From the NCBI GenBank assembly GCA_964016885.1, contig OZ024741.1:171616001-171680000 (forward strand): a DNA stretch of 64,000 nt, in the 5' to 3' direction. Numbering within the stretch: the stretch's first letter is position 1; each line of letters starts with the position of its first letter. Below are positions 1 to 13,288 of the stretch, in pieces. The notes under the pieces are model-generated. The model ran no database searches, was not told the origin of the DNA, and saw only the letters and a program-made list of their open reading frames with translations. Made by a program: the position numbers and the translations under genes. The stretch is from Eledone cirrhosa. Taxonomy: Eukaryota.

Positions 1-609
1 AGTTTATTTGTTTCATGTAATATTTTTTCCCACAGCAATCAGTTTCAGATCAATAAGAGTTTTTTTTTTTTAGTTTTTATTTCACTTTGTCTCTTGTATG
101 TTTATCTCACTCCTTTTTTGCTTTTTTTTTTGGGGGGGGGGGGGGGTGCATCTGTCTCCAGGCACCTTAAGTGTTTATGTGAGAGAGAGAAGGAGAAAAA
201 AAAACAGAGAGTGAGTGAGAGAAAGAAAGTGATAGCAGTAATACAACCCCAGTATATAGATAGATAAAAAGCATTCATTACTGACACAGAAGCCCTCAAC
301 TAAACACACCCTTACCACAACCACAGCCGCCCCACATCCATTTCTGAAAGGAGCAAACTCAGCAGGTGATTAGTGAATAGAAGAATATGAAAAGGAAAAG
401 GAAGACGGAAAAGGGTTAAAACACATTAAAGAAAAGGAAAAACAACAAAAACAGTTTTAAGATTCACCTACATAAAATGTGATGACCTAATTCTGTTCTC
501 TACCAGAGGAATAATGGCAGAAAAGGTGAGAGGTGCAGGAGAAGTATCACTAAGGAAAAAAGTACTCATATCAGACAAATGCAGAGATACACATACATGC
601 ATATATGTA

Positions 610-662
<53 letters not shown>

Positions 663-668
<6 letters not shown>

Positions 669-787
669 AATCAATTTCTAGTTGATATAAAATGCTCGGA
701 TCTATTCATTGGAATCTTGGAGCATATTTTACGGGTGATATGGCGCATGTCTATCTGACATGACACCCTTAATTTAACTTAATTTTG
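663..787. repeat. Left arm of a ~125 bp inverted repeat (partner 2171..2295)
   Basis: tatgtcaatcaatttctagttg...cttaattttg is the near-exact reverse complement of 2171..2295. Both arms abut (TA)n. Confidence 0.9.
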
Positions 788-819
788 AATATATATATAT
801 AAGTAGCAGCAAGTGCCCA

Positions 820-1842
820 CAGAATACTAACTCGTTCCATTGCACAGATGGTTCTATAGAAATAGTGAACAGCTTCCGTTACCTGGGTGATAAAATCAAT
901 CAGCAGTGGGAGAGGGTGCTCTGAAAGTAGAGTAGCTAGGGTCAGAACGGGATGGAAAAAATTCAGAGAGCTTATACCACTATTGGCCGCTAAAGAGTTC
1001 TCCCTAAAAATGAAGGGCAGGCTGTATGATGCCTGCATACGAACAGCAATGTTACATGGCAGTGAGACCTGGGCATTGTGTGCAGAGGATATACGCAGAC
1101 TGGAGAGAAACGAAGCTTGCATGCTCCGTTGGATGTGTAATAGTAACATACGTGAACGGCAAAGCATAAACGTACTAAGGGAGAAATTAGAAATAAGAGG
1201 GATCAGATGTTGTTTACTCAAGAGAAGACTACGTTGGTATGGTCACATGATGCGCATGAAAGACGACAGCTGTATAAAAAAGTGCAGGGCAATAAAAATA
1301 GACGGTAGCCACAGAGTAGGCAGATCCAGAAAAACCTGGGACGACTTAATAAATTCCGACCTCACACACTTACACCTCTCCAAGGCAATGTCACTGGACC
1401 GAGAGATTTGGCGCTACACAGTAATAGAGAAGACCCACCTTACCTAAGTACAAAGTGAAACCTACTACAGTCAGTAGGCACCTCTAACAAAATACACCCT
1501 GTCCCACTACCCCCACCCCATCCACACCACCCCTTCAATGTAAAGTTATGTTGGTGTCACAACATCCAGCCCGAAACAAATGAGGTCGTGTAGGTGTCAC
1601 GACAAAAAAACACACAGTTCACGCTGTAATGTGGCCATGTAGGCAACATGGTAAAAACCTCCCAGTTCCACACTGTAAATGTGGTTGGTGTTAGGAAGGG
1701 CATCCAGCCGTAGAAAACCCGCCAGACAGTCCTATGCGAGCAAGACAACCACTCTTGCCTCAAGTGGGAAAACCCCCGTCCAAACCCATGCAAGCGTGGA
1801 ATATGGACGTTAAACGATGATGATGATGATGATGATGATGAT
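820..1842 (+). mobile_element. 5'-truncated RTE-clade LINE (RT C-terminus, 3' UTR and (ATG)n tail)
   Basis: ORF 887..1447 (GWKKFREL...RRLRWYGH...GRSRKTW) is a close paralog of the C-terminus of 16778..18019. The 3' UTR ends in a stem-loop and (GAT)n. Confidence 0.9.
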
Positions 1843-1932
1843 ATATATATATACTATCCGAGAGCTTCCAACAGTAATGGTTGCATTCTTTAAGGGTATG
1901 TCAATATTTATTTATAAAACTGCTCTATATTA

Positions 1933-1997
1933 TATTTTATCTGATGAAAGCACACCATAATTTAACTTGGTGTCCTTGAAATATGTATAATGAAATA
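1933..1997 (+). ncRNA. Type-I hammerhead ribozyme motif in a Penelope pLTR-like element (~1853..2125)
   Basis: TATTTTAT-CTGATGA-AAG.CACACC/GGTGT.CCTT-GAAA-TATGTA-TA-ATGAAATA: stems I and II pair, stem III is short and self-complementary, cleavage triplet AUA. Confidence 0.85.
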
Positions 1998-2130
1998 AAT
2001 ATGGTTTTATAAATATAGTTTCCATTTGTGAATATCGTATTTTTACTCCAATTATTTGTTGAGTGCTTTATATCAGTTATAAAAATATTTGCTTGTTTTA
2101 TCCCAACAATTTAAATAGAATTTCTACATA

Positions 2131-2170
<40 letters not shown>

Positions 2171-2520
2171 CAAAATTAAGTTAAATTAAGGGTGTCATGT
2201 CAGATAGACATGTGCCATATCACCCGTAAAATATGCTCCAAGATTCCAATGAATAGATCCAAGCATTTTATATCAACTAGAAATTGATTGACATATAAAT
2301 ATATCTAAAATAAACATATGAAACAATCACAGGGGATTATATATATATATATATATATACACATTGCACAAATGCAGATGTAGGCAGATATCTGTATTTT
2401 GTGTGTGTGTATATGTGCTTGTGTGTGTGTGTGTGTACGCATGTATTAACAATTTGTTTTACTTTAATGCAATGTATGGATTCCTCTTTACATTCTGTTG
2501 TACAGATGCCTTTATATATA

Positions 2521-2790
2521 TATCATCATCATCATCATTTTCCGTCCGCTTTTCCCTGCTTGCAAGGGTGGGACGGGAACTGATTCTGGCTTGATTTCTA
2601 CAGCTGGATGCCCTTCCTAACACCAACCTCATTTTACAGTGAGTGCTGGGTGCTTTTTTGCCATGGCACCTCCACGACCACTTTGCAGTGGAATGATGGG
2701 GACCCCAGTCCCTATCATCTCATTTCTACAGCTGAGTAAACTGGAGCAATGTGAAATAAAGTGTCTTGCTCAAGGAAACAACACATCACC
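2521..2790 (-). mobile_element. SINE family B, head truncated
   Basis: Matches body and tail of the full copy at 27790..28137. Confidence 0.85.
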
Positions 2791-2797
2791 CAACACA

Positions 2798-3110
2798 TGG
2801 CCCTTTGCGTTCTGAGTTCAAATCTGCCGAGGTTACTTTGCCTTTCATCCTTCTGAGGTCGATAAAATAAAGAACCGTGGTGAACTGGGGTAATCGCTGG
2901 CCTTGTGCCAAAAGTAGAAACTCAGGCCGTGAATTGGCAGTATCGGTAGACGGTGGGACGCCATGCTTTCTAGCATAGTTACGTCCCTTTACGGTGTGAG
3001 TTCAAATCCCGTCGAGGTTAACTTTGCCCTTCATCCTTATGAGATCGATAAAATAAAGTTTCAGTAATACACTGGGATAATTGCTGGCCTTGTTCCAAAA
3101 GTAGAAACAA
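2798..3110 (+). mobile_element. Two tandem copies of tRNA-derived SINE family A
   Basis: A-box TGGCAGTATCGG (second copy), B-box GAGTTCAAATC, core CCTTTCATCCTT..GGTCGATAAAATAAAG, tail CCAAAAGTAGAAAC. Confidence 0.85.
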
Positions 3111-3208
3111 TATACACATATATATAAACATTACACACCAATACTATATACATATAGGATCTAGCTGTCGTAACGGGCGGGCTCAGCCGTCTGGCTCCTG
3201 ACTCTTTT

Positions 3209-3248
<40 letters not shown>

Positions 3249-3312
3249 CATCCTGGGTTCAATTGAGGGTAACCACAGTAAGTAAGGAGGTACTCAATAC
3301 ATAGCAGAGTAC

Positions 3313-3438
3313 AAATATTTAATATAGAAATGGCTTCTACAAGACTAGAACTGTTTCATTTGGGGTACATCACCAGAAAAGCTTTCCTCTGAATGAAACA
3401 GTTCTAGTCCTGTAGAAGCCATTTCTATATTAAATATA
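3313..3438. repeat. Fold-back inverted repeat with a degenerate hammerhead
   Basis: ~46 bp arms (atatttaatatagaaatggcttctac...tttcatt and its reverse complement). The minus strand reads CTGGTGA...GAAA-CAG..TTG-TA-GAAG. Confidence 0.7.
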
Positions 3439-3734
3439 TATATATCATCATCATCATCATCATTATTATCACCGTTTTACGTCCATTCTTCAACGCTAGC
3501 ATAGATTAGACAGTTTGTCCTGTTGTGGGCAATGCCAGGTCAGGTGACCATGTCTTGATCATACAGAACTGATTTTGGCTTGATTTCTACAGCTAGATAC
3601 ACTTCCTAACACCAACCTCATTTACCGTGCTTTTTTACCATGGCACCTACATGACCACTTCACAGTGGGAGGCATGATATATATATCATCATGTATCTAA
3701 CTAATGTCAAACCCTTATTATCAGCGTAAATCAA

Positions 3735-4095
3735 TGTTAAATAATGATGATGATGATGATATATGTATCATTATCACCATTTTACACTTGTTTTTAATGA
3801 TCTCCTGAGTTTGATGTTTCTTTTCTAGCAGAGCTTTCCTCCACTTGCATTCCTTTCTTATCTCCTCAATGAAGTTCAGTGATTTAGAGTCAGCTCTCAT
3901 CACACCTATCCAGGTTTTCTTAGGTATTCTTTTCCTGCAGCTTACTTTAACTGGGAACTCTTCAATCTACTTCACCCAAAAATCATCATGTCCTAATTAG
4001 TTCAATCTTCTTTCTTACACTTAGCATCTGATTCTTCTTATATCCAGTTTTTCCCTCAGCGCATCAATTCTATGTCATTCACATTATACATCTCA
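3735..4095 (-). mobile_element. Degraded RTE LINE 3' end
   Basis: Minus strand reads ...PKKTWIGVMRADSKSL...KWRKALLEK, followed by an (ATG)n tail. Confidence 0.6.
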
Positions 4096-4348
4096 CAATA
4101 TATATATATATGTATTCTCGAACAGCATATATTTAAAACTTTTGTGTACATTTAAGGTTGTTATAACTACAGTTTTCGAATTAGAAGCCTTAGCTGGGAA
4201 ATGAATGACCTGTGAAATGCAAACACTTTAAACAATTTCTCCCTATACAACAAATGCCTGCATTTCAGAGATATTTTTTTTCATCAGAAAATGTATGTTC
4301 ATTCTGCTTTAATGTGTGTGTTTCAACAGCAGTATTTATCTATATGAT

Positions 4349-4535
4349 GGCAGTGGATTGGCAGTATCGGTAGAGGGTCGGACGCCATGCTTTCCAGCAT
4401 AGTTACGTCCCTTTACGATCTGAGTTCAAATCCCGCCGAGGTTGACTTTGCCTTTCATCCTTACGGGGGTCGATAAAATAAAGTACCAGTAATGCACTGG
4501 ATAATTGTTGGCCTTGTGCCTAAAGTAGAAACAAG
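4349..4535 (+). mobile_element. SINE family A, full length
   Basis: A/B boxes, core and tail; flanked by a direct repeat (agtatttatctatatgat) consistent with a TSD. Confidence 0.9.
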
Positions 4536-5059
4536 TATTTATCTATATGATTTGTTTGCTCTTATAGTTTGAACTGGTTGTCATTGTTCTTATTCAAAAT
4601 TACTGCTCTCATAGATGGATCAGAAGACCATATCTTATACATTCTATATTTGGAATCGTTACTATGGCTGAATTTCGTTACTAATCCCCCCATTTCATGG
4701 AGTGTACTGGGTGCATTTTTATCATGGCATTAGAACCATGTGTGATTGGTACTCTGTCAGTTTTGATGATGAGTATTTTGGTTGTTTGATTAACTGGACT
4801 ACGTTTTCATCAAATTAATGTGTAAATGCTTGAGTATTTCACAAAATTTCTCAGGCAGTATCATTATGAGATAGTATGTGACATGACCAAATATTTCAAT
4901 TACAGATACAATGCATCTGATGGGCTATCTCAGAGTTTCCAACTTCTTAGTTTACCTCACAAGCTTGTCTCAACACAAGTTTATGGTAAAAGACACTTGG
5001 TCAAAATACCATGCAGTGCTTTTGAACCAGAGGCCTTGTGTGACTGCATACCAAACTTT

Positions 5060-5895
5060 TAATGACCATGTTCGATATGTAGGAAAGGAACTGGTATAAA
5101 TTCCATAAAATGTATGCAATGCAGATCTTGGGTACACAAGAGATGTAGTGGGATAGCAGGCAAACTAACAGCTAGGGAAAACTACGTATGCAGTAGATGT
5201 ACAGGCAAAGTTGGCAGTAGTAATCGCAGTGATAGACACATTTTTCCAATGTAGGTGGGTTCTATAGAAGTAGTTGATAGCTTCCGGTACCTAGGTGATC
5301 AGATTAGCATGGGAGGGGGGGGGGGGTCTGAGGCCATAGTATCTAGAATAAGGATGGGTTGGAAGAAGTTTAGGGAGCTGCTTCCTTTGTTGACAAAGAA
5401 GTGTTTCTCCCTGCGTATGAAAGGACGGTTATATGATGCCTGTGTGAGATGCGTGATGCTGCATGGTAGTGAGACATGGGCAGAAACTGCAGAGGATATG
5501 CGACAGCTGGAGAGAAATGAAGCAAGTATGCTCCGTTGGATGTGCAATGTCAATGTGCGTGAATGACTAAGCATAGACGAGTTGAGAAAGAAACTGGGTA
5601 TAAGAGGGATAAGTTGTGGTATGCAGGAGAGAAGGCTGAGATGGTATGGACATGTGATGTGCATGGAGGATAACCGCTGGGTAAAGAAGTGCCAAGAAAT
5701 CCCAGTAGAAGGAAGATGCAGTAGAGGTAGACCACGTAAAACATGGGCGGAGGTGGTGAGAACAGACTTCAGATCGCTGAAACTCACCGAGGAGATGACG
5801 AAGGACCGTGACAAGTGGAGCGATGCTGTGCTGAATAGGACCGATCGAAACTTTGCAAGCAGGGAAAAGCGGACGTAAAATGATGATGATGATGA

Positions 5896-5898
<3 letters not shown>
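5060..5898 (+). mobile_element. 5'-truncated RTE LINE with an internal stop, ending in the same tail as SINE family B
   Basis: ORFs 5255..5566 and 5582..5878 (FRYLGD, GWKKFREL, RRLRWYGH, GRPRKTW); ends TTGCAAGCAGGGAAAAGCGGACGTAAAATG(ATG)n. Confidence 0.9.
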
Positions 5899-5935
<37 letters not shown>

Positions 5936-6763
5936 TTAACTAGGAAATAAGTTTACTTATTTGGAAGCCCAACAATGCATGTGAGATTATAGATTATAGA
6001 TTATGCCAAGGTAATAGGAATTATAAAAAAGAATGAGTCGATCTCAGTGAAATTTGAACTTAGAGTGTTGTGAACTGGGATAAATATTTGTATGTGTATA
6101 TGCGTGTACATGCATATGCATATATATATGTATATATATAAATATATATATATATATATACACATACACATATGCATATGTGCAATTCAGATATACACAT
6201 AAAATAATGCAACATAAAATCAATTCTTAAGTTTCCATGAAATATCACACTAATTTGCCAGAAGAAGAAAAAACAAAAGCATAAGTACAATTAAACAATG
6301 TATTTTAATGCTATTACTTTTATTAGCATATTGGAGTATTGATGGTTGTGGTTGTGAAATTATTGATAGTGTTGTTGGTAATGATCATGCTGGTGCTAGA
6401 GATAGCTAAGAGCATTGAAAATAAATACATTAACATTACACCGATGTTATTATATCTTTTTTATCCATTTAGTTTTCCCTTTTTCTTATATCACTTCAAA
6501 ATTTCACTTTCTAATATCAGGTTAAAAAATATAATGTACACATATCAATTAAAATGTCATGATATATCACGTTAAAAAATCATAATGTAAATATAAAATG
6601 TAAAATTGCATGATATATCATGTTAATTAGAAAAGAGAATAAAAATAAACATTATATGTGGTTCTTTAGTGTGTCTCCAACAATCACAGTTAAAGATATG
6701 CTGGAGCACTGATGTTATATTTACACACACATACTTCAGTTAATATATATATGTATATATATA

Positions 6764-6819
<56 letters not shown>

Positions 6820-6822
<3 letters not shown>

Positions 6823-7115
6823 CATCATCATTTCATTTTACGTCCGCTTTTCCCTGCTTGCAAGGGTGGGACGGGAACTGATTCTGGCTTGATTTCTACA
6901 GCTGGATGCCCTTCCTAACACCAACCTCATTTATAGTGAGTGCTGGGTGCTTTTTTTCCGTGGCGCCTACACCAGTCCCTATCATCTCATTTCTACAGCT
7001 GAGTAAACTGGAGCAATGTGAAATAAAGTGTCTTGCTCAAGGAAACAACACATCACCCAGTCTGAGAATTGAACTCACAACCTTTCGATTGCAAGGCCAA
7101 TGCTCTAACCACTAA
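6820..7115 (-). mobile_element. SINE family B with internal deletion
   Basis: Head, core and tail match 27790..28137. Confidence 0.85.
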
Positions 7116-7205
<90 letters not shown>

Positions 7206-7238
7206 ATATATATATCTGTGTGTATATATATATATACG

Positions 7239-7270
<32 letters not shown>

Positions 7271-7360
7271 TATATATATATATATGTGTGTGTGTATGTA
7301 TATATATATATATATGTGTGTGTGTGTATGTATGTATATATATATATGTGTGTATGTATG

Positions 7361-7391
<31 letters not shown>

Positions 7392-8202
7392 ATATATATA
7401 TATATGTATATATATATGTGTATGTGTGTGTGTCATGCCATGCCATGGGCCCATAACTCATGATGGGCAGCATTTAAACATAATTGTTTCTACTTTTGGC
7501 ACAAGGCCAGCAATTATCCCAGTGTATTACTGGTGCTTTATTTTATCGACCCCGTAAGGATGAAAGGCAAAGTTAACCTCGGCGGGATTTGAACTCAAAT
7601 GGAGCCCAGTTTGTATAACCCATGTAATCATAGAAAATGGCATTAGCAATTATAACTATTACAATGATGATATTTTGTGTCTATTGTTTTAACAGTAAAT
7701 AACTTTTTTTTATCTCTTATCTAACATCATCCAGAAATATTTCATCACTGTTATTTTATGTTCACTTCATTGAATTGAAAAAAATATATTTGATGATCTG
7801 TGTTTCCAATACGTTTACTTTATAGCAGAAAATAACAAAATCTAATTTGTTACTAATCTCTGTTAGGGGAATATTTTATGATAGAGATATCAAAGTAAGA
7901 CGAAAATCATTAATTGTTATTTTTATTAAATTAACATTCCAACAAAATTAACAACAATAATAATAACAACACCAACAATAGCATGGCAATATATAGAAAA
8001 TGGAGTAAATGAAATACGATGATCTGAACAGTCAATAATTTGTTCAGATTTCAGAATTTTTAATTTTATCTAGACCGTTTAGATGTTCATCATAAGTGAT
8101 GTGTGTATGAATATATCTGTATGTGTATAATTCTTCTTCTTTTTTTCGTATCTTCGAAGCATGTGGTTATATGACAGTTTCCCATTTCTTTACACAGTCC
8201 TT

Positions 8203-8606
8203 CGGTGGATTGGCAGTATCGGTAGAGGGTTGGACGCCATGCTTTGACGTATAGAGTTACGGCCCTTGCCATTCTGAGTTCAAATCCCGCCGAGGTTAAC
8301 TTTGCCTTTCATCCTTACGGGGTCGATAAAATAAAGTACCAGTAATGCACTGGGTAATTGCTGGCCTTGTGCCAAAAGTAGAAACAATTATTATTAAATT
8401 CTGTGAGATCTTTTAATAATAATTGTTTCTACTTTTGGCACAAGGCCATCAATTATCCCAGTGCATTACTGGTACTTTATTTTATCGACCCCGTAAGGAT
8501 GAAAGGCAAAGTTAACTTCGGCAGGATTTGAACTCAGAACGTAAAGGGTCGTAACTCTATATTACAAAGCATGGCGTCCGGCCCTCTACCAATACTGCCA
8601 ATCCAC
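8203..8606. mobile_element. Tail-to-tail inverted pair of SINE family A copies (8203..8393 +, 8418..8606 -)
   Basis: Two near-full copies in opposite orientation about 25 bp apart. Confidence 0.9.
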
Positions 8607-8711
8607 TTATTTGTATAATAATAATAATAATTGTTTCTACTTTTGATACAAGGCCAGCAATTACCCAGTACATTACTGGGTAATTGTATAATAATAATAA
8701 TAATAATGAAA

Positions 8712-9100
8712 ATTATTGTGTACAGTGCTCAGGTGTACAACAACTCATCAAAGGTGCATGTATAGTACATAGAATAATGTACAGATGTCAGGAAAGTGAA
8801 CAGTGTATGATTCATGATATACACACAGAAACATGTGTGCATGAGTATGGAGGGGGAATATCAGGTGTAGTGTTGGCAAATTTCAAGAAGCATGGACATT
8901 TTGAAAGATACAGTGTCCCAACAACTAACAACTGATGCAGGTAGTTTGTCCATGCTTCAGCAACTCTGAACATGAAAAACCATTTCCAACAGTCATGGGA
9001 GCTGTATCTGATTTTGTAAGCATGTCCACATGCGTTAGACACATGGAATTCAAAAAGGTGCTCAGGGTTGTTGTTGGAAACAAATAAACAAATCACTCAG
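8712..9100 (-). mobile_element. CR1/L2-like LINE 3' end
   Basis: Translation FEFHVSNACGHAYKIR...FFMFRVAEAW resembles the CR1-type C-terminal RGH..K...FF..RV...WN motif; (TTA)n tail. Confidence 0.7.
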
Positions 9101-10059
9101 AAAATACTGTAAACCTGCACTCATAACTCCTGCAAAACCAAACTGGAACCTGCAATCCTAGTTATGTAAACCAACCAAGGACTGCACCAACCACCAAATA
9201 AGGAAGACAGATGTTATCAAGACCTTATCAAGCTGCAGCTGTCATATTACATAGTTTCTGTATAATAAATCTGTTATTATCTGCAGTAACTACAACCACT
9301 TTATATAATAGGCTGTGCTTCACCTTTTCCTTACATAACTCCCTCAAACTAACTGCTGAGATTAAATAAGCCCTGAAATATTTAGTCAAACAGCATAATG
9401 CCATACACCAGAAAACATGCATCAGAAAAACCATAACCCATACAATATAAGAAAAAACTGAACTGCTATTCAAATAATGGTTAAATTACATAAATACATT
9501 ACCCAAAAGCAATATAAAATTAAGCACCTACTTCAAACCGCATTATAGACAAACACGGGAATTCCAATACATAAACAAGATCAAAATAATCAAATAGAGA
9601 TTTGCAAAATTACTTTACAAAAAGAAAACTCACTAGAAAATTATTTGTAGGTCCTGTCTGGCTAATTTATGAATATATGTACATATAAATAATTATATAT
9701 ATATATATACACTCACACACACCATATATTTATATATACATATATATATATATATGGGGTGGGATGTAGGCGTCTGTTTATGTATATATGTGTCATCATC
9801 ATCATCAACGTTTAACGTCCGTGTTCCACGCTTGCATGGGTTTGGACGGGGGTTTTCCCACTTGAGGCAAGAGTGATTGTCTTGCTCGCATAGGACTGTC
9901 TGGCAGGTTTTTTACAGTTGGATGCCCTTCCTAACACCAACCACATTTACAGTGTGGGTCTGGGAGGTTTTTACCGTGTTGTGTATATATATATGTGTAC
10001 ATATTTATATGTGTATATATATATATGTATGTGTGTGTATGTATGTATATATACATATA

Positions 10060-10495
10060 TATTGTTATAATCTGGGAGGCTGATGCTGCCAATAAAAAAC
10101 ACAAGCACCTGTTGCTTTTCACTTCAATTTATTACAAATTTCCGATTAGTTCGTTTAATAACCAGATGGTTGTTTATTTATTATCAAAGCTCTTTCGTCA
10201 CACATTCTGTGACCTCCTCAGTGACTTATTTGTTATTTTGTGACTCTCACTTGTTCTGTTCTACACTATCTTGTATTTGTGTGTTGTGTGCTGTGTACTT
10301 GGCTTTCACATCATTATATCCGGGAGAGGGGGATGTTTTTATTTATTTATGTTTATTTACTTGTCACTTGTTGGTTTCTTGTTCTATCTGTGAGTGTCTG
10401 TTTTGTTTTATGAGTTTGGTTCTCCCAAAGCATAACAATATCTGTTACATCACATGTTTTCAGATAAGGAATCTTACAAAACAAATACAAAAACC
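10060..10495 (-). mobile_element. Penelope-like pseudo-LTR remnant, same family as 53415..55585
   Basis: Homologous to 53415..53800; carries an inverted short tail copy at 10421..10490. Confidence 0.8.
10183..10225 (-). ncRNA. Minimal type-I hammerhead ribozyme motif
   Basis: Minus strand GTCA-CTGAGGA-G-GTCACA/TGTGAC-GAAA-GAGC-TT-TGAT. Confidence 0.8.
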
Positions 10496-10659
10496 ATATA
10501 TATATATAAACACATCCCACACGCACCTATATTGTTAATAGATCCGTTTTCAGTTTTAGCAAAGTATATTCAATCATATGATCAACTGTTCATCAGACTT
10601 GAAAGTAAGTGTTTACCTTTAATGTAATTCTCAGGTAGAATTAATATACACAATATATG

Positions 10660-11890
10660 ACTGTGCATCTACACAAGTGTCATACAGCTATTCTTTCTTT
10701 CATAGAGAGAAAATATTGTGGTCAAGAAGTTCAGTAGTTCTGTGAACTTTTTCCATCTACTACTTATTCTATCTACTCTGCTTTCAGATCAACCTCCTCC
10801 AATTTTAATTCAGTCAACTAGGTCAGTGCTACTAAAAGTGGTGGTATGTGGACTGGTGCCGGTACGCAAGCAGTGTCCAGGCCATGTTAAGGAATCATTT
10901 GAGGAATTAGTAGACTCTACAGAATTTCAAGGAAATTTTAGGCTGTGACTGCTAGTTTCAGTAATTTGTCCTTATGCAATGAAAACTGGGGGGAAAATTT
11001 ATGACAATAATAGGTAAATTAACCTGATAGTAAAAATATAAGTTGATAATATATCATAGTTTTCTATGAAGAAAGAAAGTCAATTAACAGAAAATGGACT
11101 GTGCAGCATCAATTTCGGTGACTAAAGAAGCTGGCTCACCTTTCACACTAGTAAAGATTAAGCTTATATAATTTTTATTTTTGTGTTAATAAACTGCTTG
11201 TTATTTTTTTTATTACTTTTTTATATGTTTTGATATTGTATTATTTGTTTACAAAATAAATAGAAGATAAAAAAATGGTCAACTTTTATTATATTCATTA
11301 TATATAACGTTTTCAGTATAAATTAATATTACTACGAAATATTAGCGGTACGTGGCACATTGAAAAAAAAAAATGCCGGTCCGCCACATCAGATAGTTTG
11401 AGAAGCACTGAACTAGGTAACTAAGCTCTTCCCCACCTCTGTGGAACCTTCCTTTGATTGGAAAACATTTATTTTAATGGTTCTCTTATTATGAACTGTC
11501 CCTGTACACCTGTCACATAGAAAGACTACCTTTTTGTTTGTTTGCTAACATTCTCAATCCATCTCTTGTTTATTCATATTTTACAATGTTCTTATCTGCT
11601 ACTTTTCTACATATCGAGCATTCCCACTTCCCCGGTGGTATCAAAATCTTATCCTCTTCTCTACTTTCTAAAACGTTTGTCTTATCTGTATTTGTTCTGA
11701 GCTCTCTTGTTTCTATGTTCTGTTTCCACAGCACAAATTTCCTCTCTAGCTCTTCCACAGATTGGGCTATAAGAATCAAGTCTGATCAGCATATAAACAT
11801 TCTCAGGGGCAGCTTGTCTTAAACTCTTCTGTTATGGCCTGGAGACCTGTAATAAACAGGAATGGGCTGAGGACAGAGCCTTGATGCATT
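10660..11890 (-). mobile_element. Degraded RTE LINE fragment split by a hAT MITE
   Basis: ORF 11570..11779 (LIAQSVEELERKF...GKWECSICRK) is homologous to the RT/finger region of 16778..18019 and continues at 10660..10815. Confidence 0.75.
10824..11410. mobile_element. hAT-type MITE
   Basis: TIRs CAGTGCTACTAAAA / TTTGAGAAGCACTG; perfect 8-bp TSD AACTAGGT at 10816..10823 and 11411..11418. Confidence 0.9.
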
Positions 11891-12410
11891 CACATAGCTT
11901 ATTACTCTCACTCAGCAGGGGTGGAAGATGTTTGAGAATCCATGCCAAAACGAGTTTTCAGGGAGATAAAAAGTGAAAAAATATTTGATTTTAAACCATT
12001 CGCATTTTTCTTCATCTGGAGAAGGGCTTTAGTTGAAATGTTAGGTTCCTTGTTTTCACACAACATCAGAAATTATCTAAATTGACAGAATTCAACAAAT
12101 ATCAGAGAGACAAACATCAGTTTTCTTAGATTTTTGTTTTTATTTACTGTTTTTTCATCTACCAATTTATAAAATTAATCAATTGATCAGCAAACCTAAC
12201 AATTACTGATCAAGAAAAAACTTATCTCTCCATGGAGCACATGAATCCGTTTTATGGCAATAACTCTTATTTCAAAAGATAAAAGAGTGATATAAGAGAC
12301 AACAAACACTATGGATTGTATCACCACAAATTATTTTAATATATATTGCTATATATTTAATATATATTGCTATATATTTTCAGTGCGCCCGGCCGATTAA
12401 CTCACTCGAT

Positions 12411-12458
12411 ATGCAAATTAGGCTGCTCAGCCATTAATATGCATAAGGGAAGTATATA
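12411..12458 (+). promoter_or_regulatory. Octamer-TCAGCC-TATA cassette upstream of a hammerhead (copy 1 of 3)
   Basis: ATGCAAAT at 12411, TCAGCC at +16, TATATA at +42; same spacing at 53170 and (+43) at 18938. Confidence 0.55.
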
Positions 12459-12493
12459 CTTTCAGACGTTCAATTATCTGGCAGGAAGGTATA

Positions 12494-12534
12494 CGGTGCT
12501 GACAATAGTTAATAAACTTGAAACTAGTACATCG
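12494..12534 (+). ncRNA. Degenerate type-I hammerhead (G8 to A)
   Basis: CGGTG-CTGACAA-TAGTT.AATA.AACTT-GAAA-CTAG-TA-CATCG; stem I pairs and stem III is palindromic. Confidence 0.7.
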
Positions 12535-12974
12535 TTTCTTTGTCAGTGTTGAACAAAAGGGCAACGATGGTTGTTAAACACTGTACGGCTTAATTCGGGA
12601 TGTTTGTTTACAAACAAACCAAGCATTATAATAAATGTTCGGTAAATCCAAACGTACATATATATATGTGTGCATATATGTATATATATACATACTACTG
12701 TACGTCTGTATACATATATGTATGTACGTATACATACTTATATATAACAATATGACTCCCCCAAATATAACAATATTTGTTTCAACACACAATTTCATAT
12801 AAAAAACCTTGCAAAACAAATATATATATATATATATTTAAGAGTTAAACAAGGTTCAATGAATACATCAAAGAATGAGTTTTACAATAGATTGGAAGCA
12901 TTCAACAGTAATTTTCCAGAGTTATTAATATTAATTCAAAATATTAACAAAATAGATATTTTTGTGATCAATTA

Positions 12975-13041
12975 TATTTTATTATACATATTTCAGAGGT
13001 ACTGAGTTAAGTTCAACAGTACGTCCTCATCAGATAAAATA
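12975..13041 (-). ncRNA. Type-I hammerhead inside an inverted-repeat element (~12840..13145)
   Basis: Minus strand TATTTTAT-CTGATGA-GGAC.GTACTG/CAGTAC.CTCT-GAAA-TATGTA-TA-ATAAAATA; flanked by ~47 bp inverted arms (12924..12971 and 13098..13143). Confidence 0.88.
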
Positions 13042-13288
13042 AAATGATACATGACATACCCTGACATAGTAGATGGTTAAGATTCAATCTACCTTGATTG
13101 ATCACAAGAATATCTATTTTGTTAATATTTTGAATTAATATTATATATATATATGCAGAGGTTATATTTAATTTGTTGGGATTCAACAAGCTTAAATGTT
13201 TTTATAACTGATATAAAGCACTCAACAGTTTAATGGAGTAAATACACAATATATTAATAAATGGAAAGTATATTTATAAAACCATATT

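Noticed and set aside
7053-7557. Long [12 protein letters not shown] ORFs here and at many other sites (28295, 44755, 48090, 55883, 60783)
   Set aside because: They are translations of (TA)n and (CA)n microsatellites, which lack stop codons; not genes.
12011-12050. Possible hammerheads at 12016 (CTGGAGA...GAAATGTT), 13911 and 15559
   Set aside because: Core or stems are too degraded or truncated to support a call.
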